Origin: Tubulanus polymorphus
Taxonomy: Eukaryota > Animalia > Nemertea
NCBI RefSeq assembly: GCF_964204645.1
Contig: NC_134027.1
Location: 10,324,485-10,388,484 of the forward strand
DNA: 64,000 bases
Direction: 5' to 3'
The stretch's first letter is position 1. The number at the start of each line of letters is the position of its first letter. Under the pieces are notes generated by a model, which was not told where the DNA came from, searched no databases, and was given only the letters and a program-made list of their open reading frames with translations. Below are positions 60,733 to 64,000 of this stretch, in pieces. The translations under genes were made by a program, and so were the position numbers.

Positions 60733-62161
60733 ATGGCCGCGCCCGGTGTTAGACATGTAAATCGACTTTTCGGCGCATTTAAAGAAATCAGAAAGGAAAT
60801 GTCCAACGATATGAGCTACGTATTTCGATCGACCTGTAACCCAGTCACAGGGCAACAAGACTGGGTGGTCGAAGATGAGAATTTCGACTACAATCAGGAG
60901 ATAGCAAGGTAAAAACGACAAAAATACTGTAATGTAGGTGACAGCACCTACCGGGGCATCTGGTTTTTTATTAGTCATGCAAATAATTAGTCATAATTTC
61001 TAATTTGGAAAATAATAGATTTGATTATCCCACTATCTCAGTACCCAGTCAGTGCCTTGTATGTCTTACGACGTCCCAAAGTTGTTGTACCAATGGACCG
61101 CCGGGGTTTATGAAAGATCAATAAGATATCACTGATTGCAGTTGAGTTCGGCCTATCTTACTCTTGTTTGGATGTGGACATTCTATGATTACAGCACATG
61201 ATGCGCCAGTAATTCTGAAATACCAGTTACAGTTAGATTCAAAAGATGGCGACACTGGAATGACTTGGTTATATGTTATTACTGTAGCCTAACACATCGG
61301 CATATGGGGCCACAGAAATGTTGAAACAAGCACTTCTGATTACTGTGCCCCAGTTTTCTTTCTTTCTGAAGTCTTGCGAATAAAGGTGTGGTTGGTAGTT
61401 GTATATTATTGGCAAACTGAAATATTTTTTCGGGGGGAATTTTCACTCGGCAACATCAAGTACTATTCACGATTACTATGGCGAGAGTGTGCAGTGTGGC
61501 CGGAATTTCAAATGGGGATTATGTAATAAGTCATCATATAATAAGGTGATATCTACTGATTTTGATATAAGCTCTATCCAGCTTTGACCCCGGACAGGGG
61601 GCTCTAACCATCAATGCTAATATTTGAATGATCAGGTATTTTATAGAAACACTTGGGAATAGGGAGGGGTGAGTGAGCGCAAATCCGCATGTCATAAATG
61701 AGATTCCAACTGCTAATCCACGCGTTTATGTTTCAGGTCAGCGTATGCAGATATGTTACATGATACAGAAAGAGTGAGTTCATTTCTATTTATTCATATA
61801 TTTCAATATACTAGTCATAATTTTGTTTCATGAAATTGGACCGGACCTGTGGAAAGGATTCCAGTTTGGTATGATGACTTTTACACTATAAATTTTCTGC
61901 AGAACAAGAAATACGATATCGCGCTGAGGAAGGCCATCGAAGAGATGCACAGGCGCGGTAAACCGGCAAATGTCTTGGATATCGGTACTGGCACTGGTCT
62001 TCTGTCAATGATGGCGGTACGTAGTGGCGCGGATAGCGTGACAGCTTGCGAGGCTTTCACGCCGATGGCCGACTGCGCCAGAAAAGTAATTGAGGAAAAT
62101 GGATTCGGCGGAAAAATTCTACTTATTCCGAAACGTTCGACGGATATTGAAGTAGGAATCG
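60733..62161 (+). CDS. PRMT7: Protein arginine N-methyltransferase 7, first three coding exons (continues beyond window)
   Basis: [24 protein letters not shown] / [12 protein letters not shown] (61737-61773) / NKKY...[15 protein letters not shown]...KRST (61903-62161). The start codon is uncertain (60721, 60733, 60799 or 60811). Confidence 0.94.
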
Positions 62162-62362
62162 GTAAGTCAAAAATTTCTATTGCTATAATTCTTTGTTAGG
62201 GATTTCATCAAATGCACAGCTGAAAAACTCACTGTCCTCATTGAGATTCGTTGACAATCTGTGACTATTTGTGAAGCTATTAATTACACCACAAGGCTCG
62301 GTGGCAAAACTGTTATAAGGCTTAAGCCACTAAGCTTCAGGGCTTGAATTCTGGTTGTATCT

Positions 62363-64000
62363 AATATATATATTTATTTTTCATCATTATGTCATGCAAG
62401 ATACAATATAGGAGTTAAACATAGTTTTTACAGACATAAGATGAGGGACACAGTGCAAGCCTAGGGCTGTACTTATAATTATTAAGGCAACCGGATAAAG
62501 ATTAATAGCAATAAAGGCAATGGTAACAATAATAATAAGTAATAATAATAGTAAATGTACTATTATATTAGTAATAGACAAGGAGAATCACAGTACAATA
62601 TTTATGGATTAGCTCATTAATAACTATTCAGCTTCAGATTCTTGAAATCAGATACAAGAGATGATAGGCTTTTAGCATTTCTCAACTTGATTGGTAGGTT
62701 TTGCCAGATGATGGGGACTTGAGCAAAAAGCGATTTGTTGAAAATTTCAGTACGATGATATTGGATTCTGGGTAGGTTTTTTCTTCTGGTATTGTATGTA
62801 TGGTGTAAAGAATTTGGATTGAATAGCTTGAGAATTGGATGTGGAAGGATTTTATTTACGTATTGATAGCCAAATTTAATCAGTTCTAATTCGACAAGGT
62901 CTTCAAATTTGAGGATTTTATACTTTTTGAAAAGAGGACTAGTATGGGCGTTAAATGATGAATTATCAATGTATCTGATGGCTTTTTTCTGTAGTTTGAA
63001 TAAAGTGTTTACTTGGGATTTAGATAGCATTGGGCCCCAGGCTACTAATGCATAGGTAAGGTGGGAATGTACATAGCTATGATAGAGTAGACGTTTAGCC
63101 CATGGTAGGAGAAAATTTTTTACACTACGGAGAAGAAATATGTTTTTGTTAATTTTAGAGACAAGCTGTTTCAAGTGTGAATCCCAGTTGAGTTGGTCTT
63201 CAATTGTTAATCCTAGGAATTTGCATGATTTAGTGGGTGTTATAGTCACTGGACCAAATCTTAAGTGGATGTCTTCAAGTTTTTTATTCGAGAAAAGGAT
63301 TGCATGAGTTTTTGGTATGTTTAGCGTTAATAAATTTGCGCGGAACCAGTCAATTAAAATCTTGATATCTTCGTCAATGACTTTTTGGATTGAATCAATT
63401 TTATCAATTTCAAAAAGAATATTAGCATCATCTGCGAAAAGAATTGTTTTGGAACTTTTTAGGTCATGATTAAGGTCATTAATATATATAAAAAAAAGCA
63501 AAGGACCGAGTACCGAGCCCTGGGGGACACCAAATTTGATAGGTTTTAATTGAGAATCTGTATTCAGCTTATAATTAACATACATTTTTCTGTTTGTAAG
63601 ATAACTTTCAAACCATTTATAGCAGTGACCCCTGATTCCATAATGGGAAAGCTTAAAGAGTAGGTGACTAACATCAAGGGAATCAAAAGCTTTTGACAAA
63701 TCTAAAAAGAATGCGAGAGATGTTTTTTTATTTTCAATGTTATTTAGTATGGCGCCTAGAAATTCATTTATAGCGTGGCCCGTTGAGTGATTTGGTCTAA
63801 ACCCATACTGGCTCGTATAGATTATATTATTCTTGACTAAAAAAGAATAAAGCCTAGAATGTACGAGTTTCTCGAGGATTTTGGAGAAAACTGGCATCAG
63901 CGAAATTGGTCTGTAATTAGAAAAAAGATCTTTGTCGTTGTTTTTGAATATAGGGATAACCTTCGCTATTTTCATATCATCAGGGAAAATTCCTTCCTCG
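62363..64000 (-). mobile_element. CR1/L2-clade non-LTR retrotransposon: ORF2 RT domain (open from window edge to 62617) plus 3' UTR, in a PRMT7 intron
   Basis: KIAKVIPIFK, NYRPISL, QYGFR, DLSKAFD, GVPQGSVLGPLLFFIYIND, LFADD and KFLG, with C-terminal YNTR...WQNLP. AATAAA and a short (TA) tail lie near 62363-62380. Confidence 0.93.

Overview
AT-rich, intron-containing metazoan DNA. It looks like a compact-genome marine invertebrate, possibly lophotrochozoan; the taxon is an inference. Genes assembled by hand from exons, in order: 5' part of a CCDC66-like gene (-); a DUF917-family gene of the type usually seen in prokaryotes, with spliceosomal introns (-); two inverted paralogous intronless peptide-type GPCRs, one beside and one nested in a CRAL-TRIO/Sec14 gene; SLC37A3 (-) head-to-head with ADAT2 (+); a decaying tandem array of intron-containing tRNA-Tyr genes; a two-exon secreted 8-cysteine peptide gene missed by the ORF track; a third intronless GPCR; DHX35 (-) head-to-head with LSM10 and SHQ1 (+), SHQ1 having a U12 AT-AC intron; TMBIM4 (-) head-to-head with PRMT7 (+), whose intron holds a CR1/L2-type LINE with an open RT frame. 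There are many MITEs and three long (AT)n tracts. The best novelty candidates are the CxxxC x4 secreted peptide, the DUF917 gene with a ~100-aa insertion, apparent gene conversion confined to GPCR intracellular loops, a probable shared first exon for LSM10 and SHQ1, and a 35-bp hairpin element with a 7-bp flanking direct repeat. All homology calls are from recognition of motifs, not database searches.
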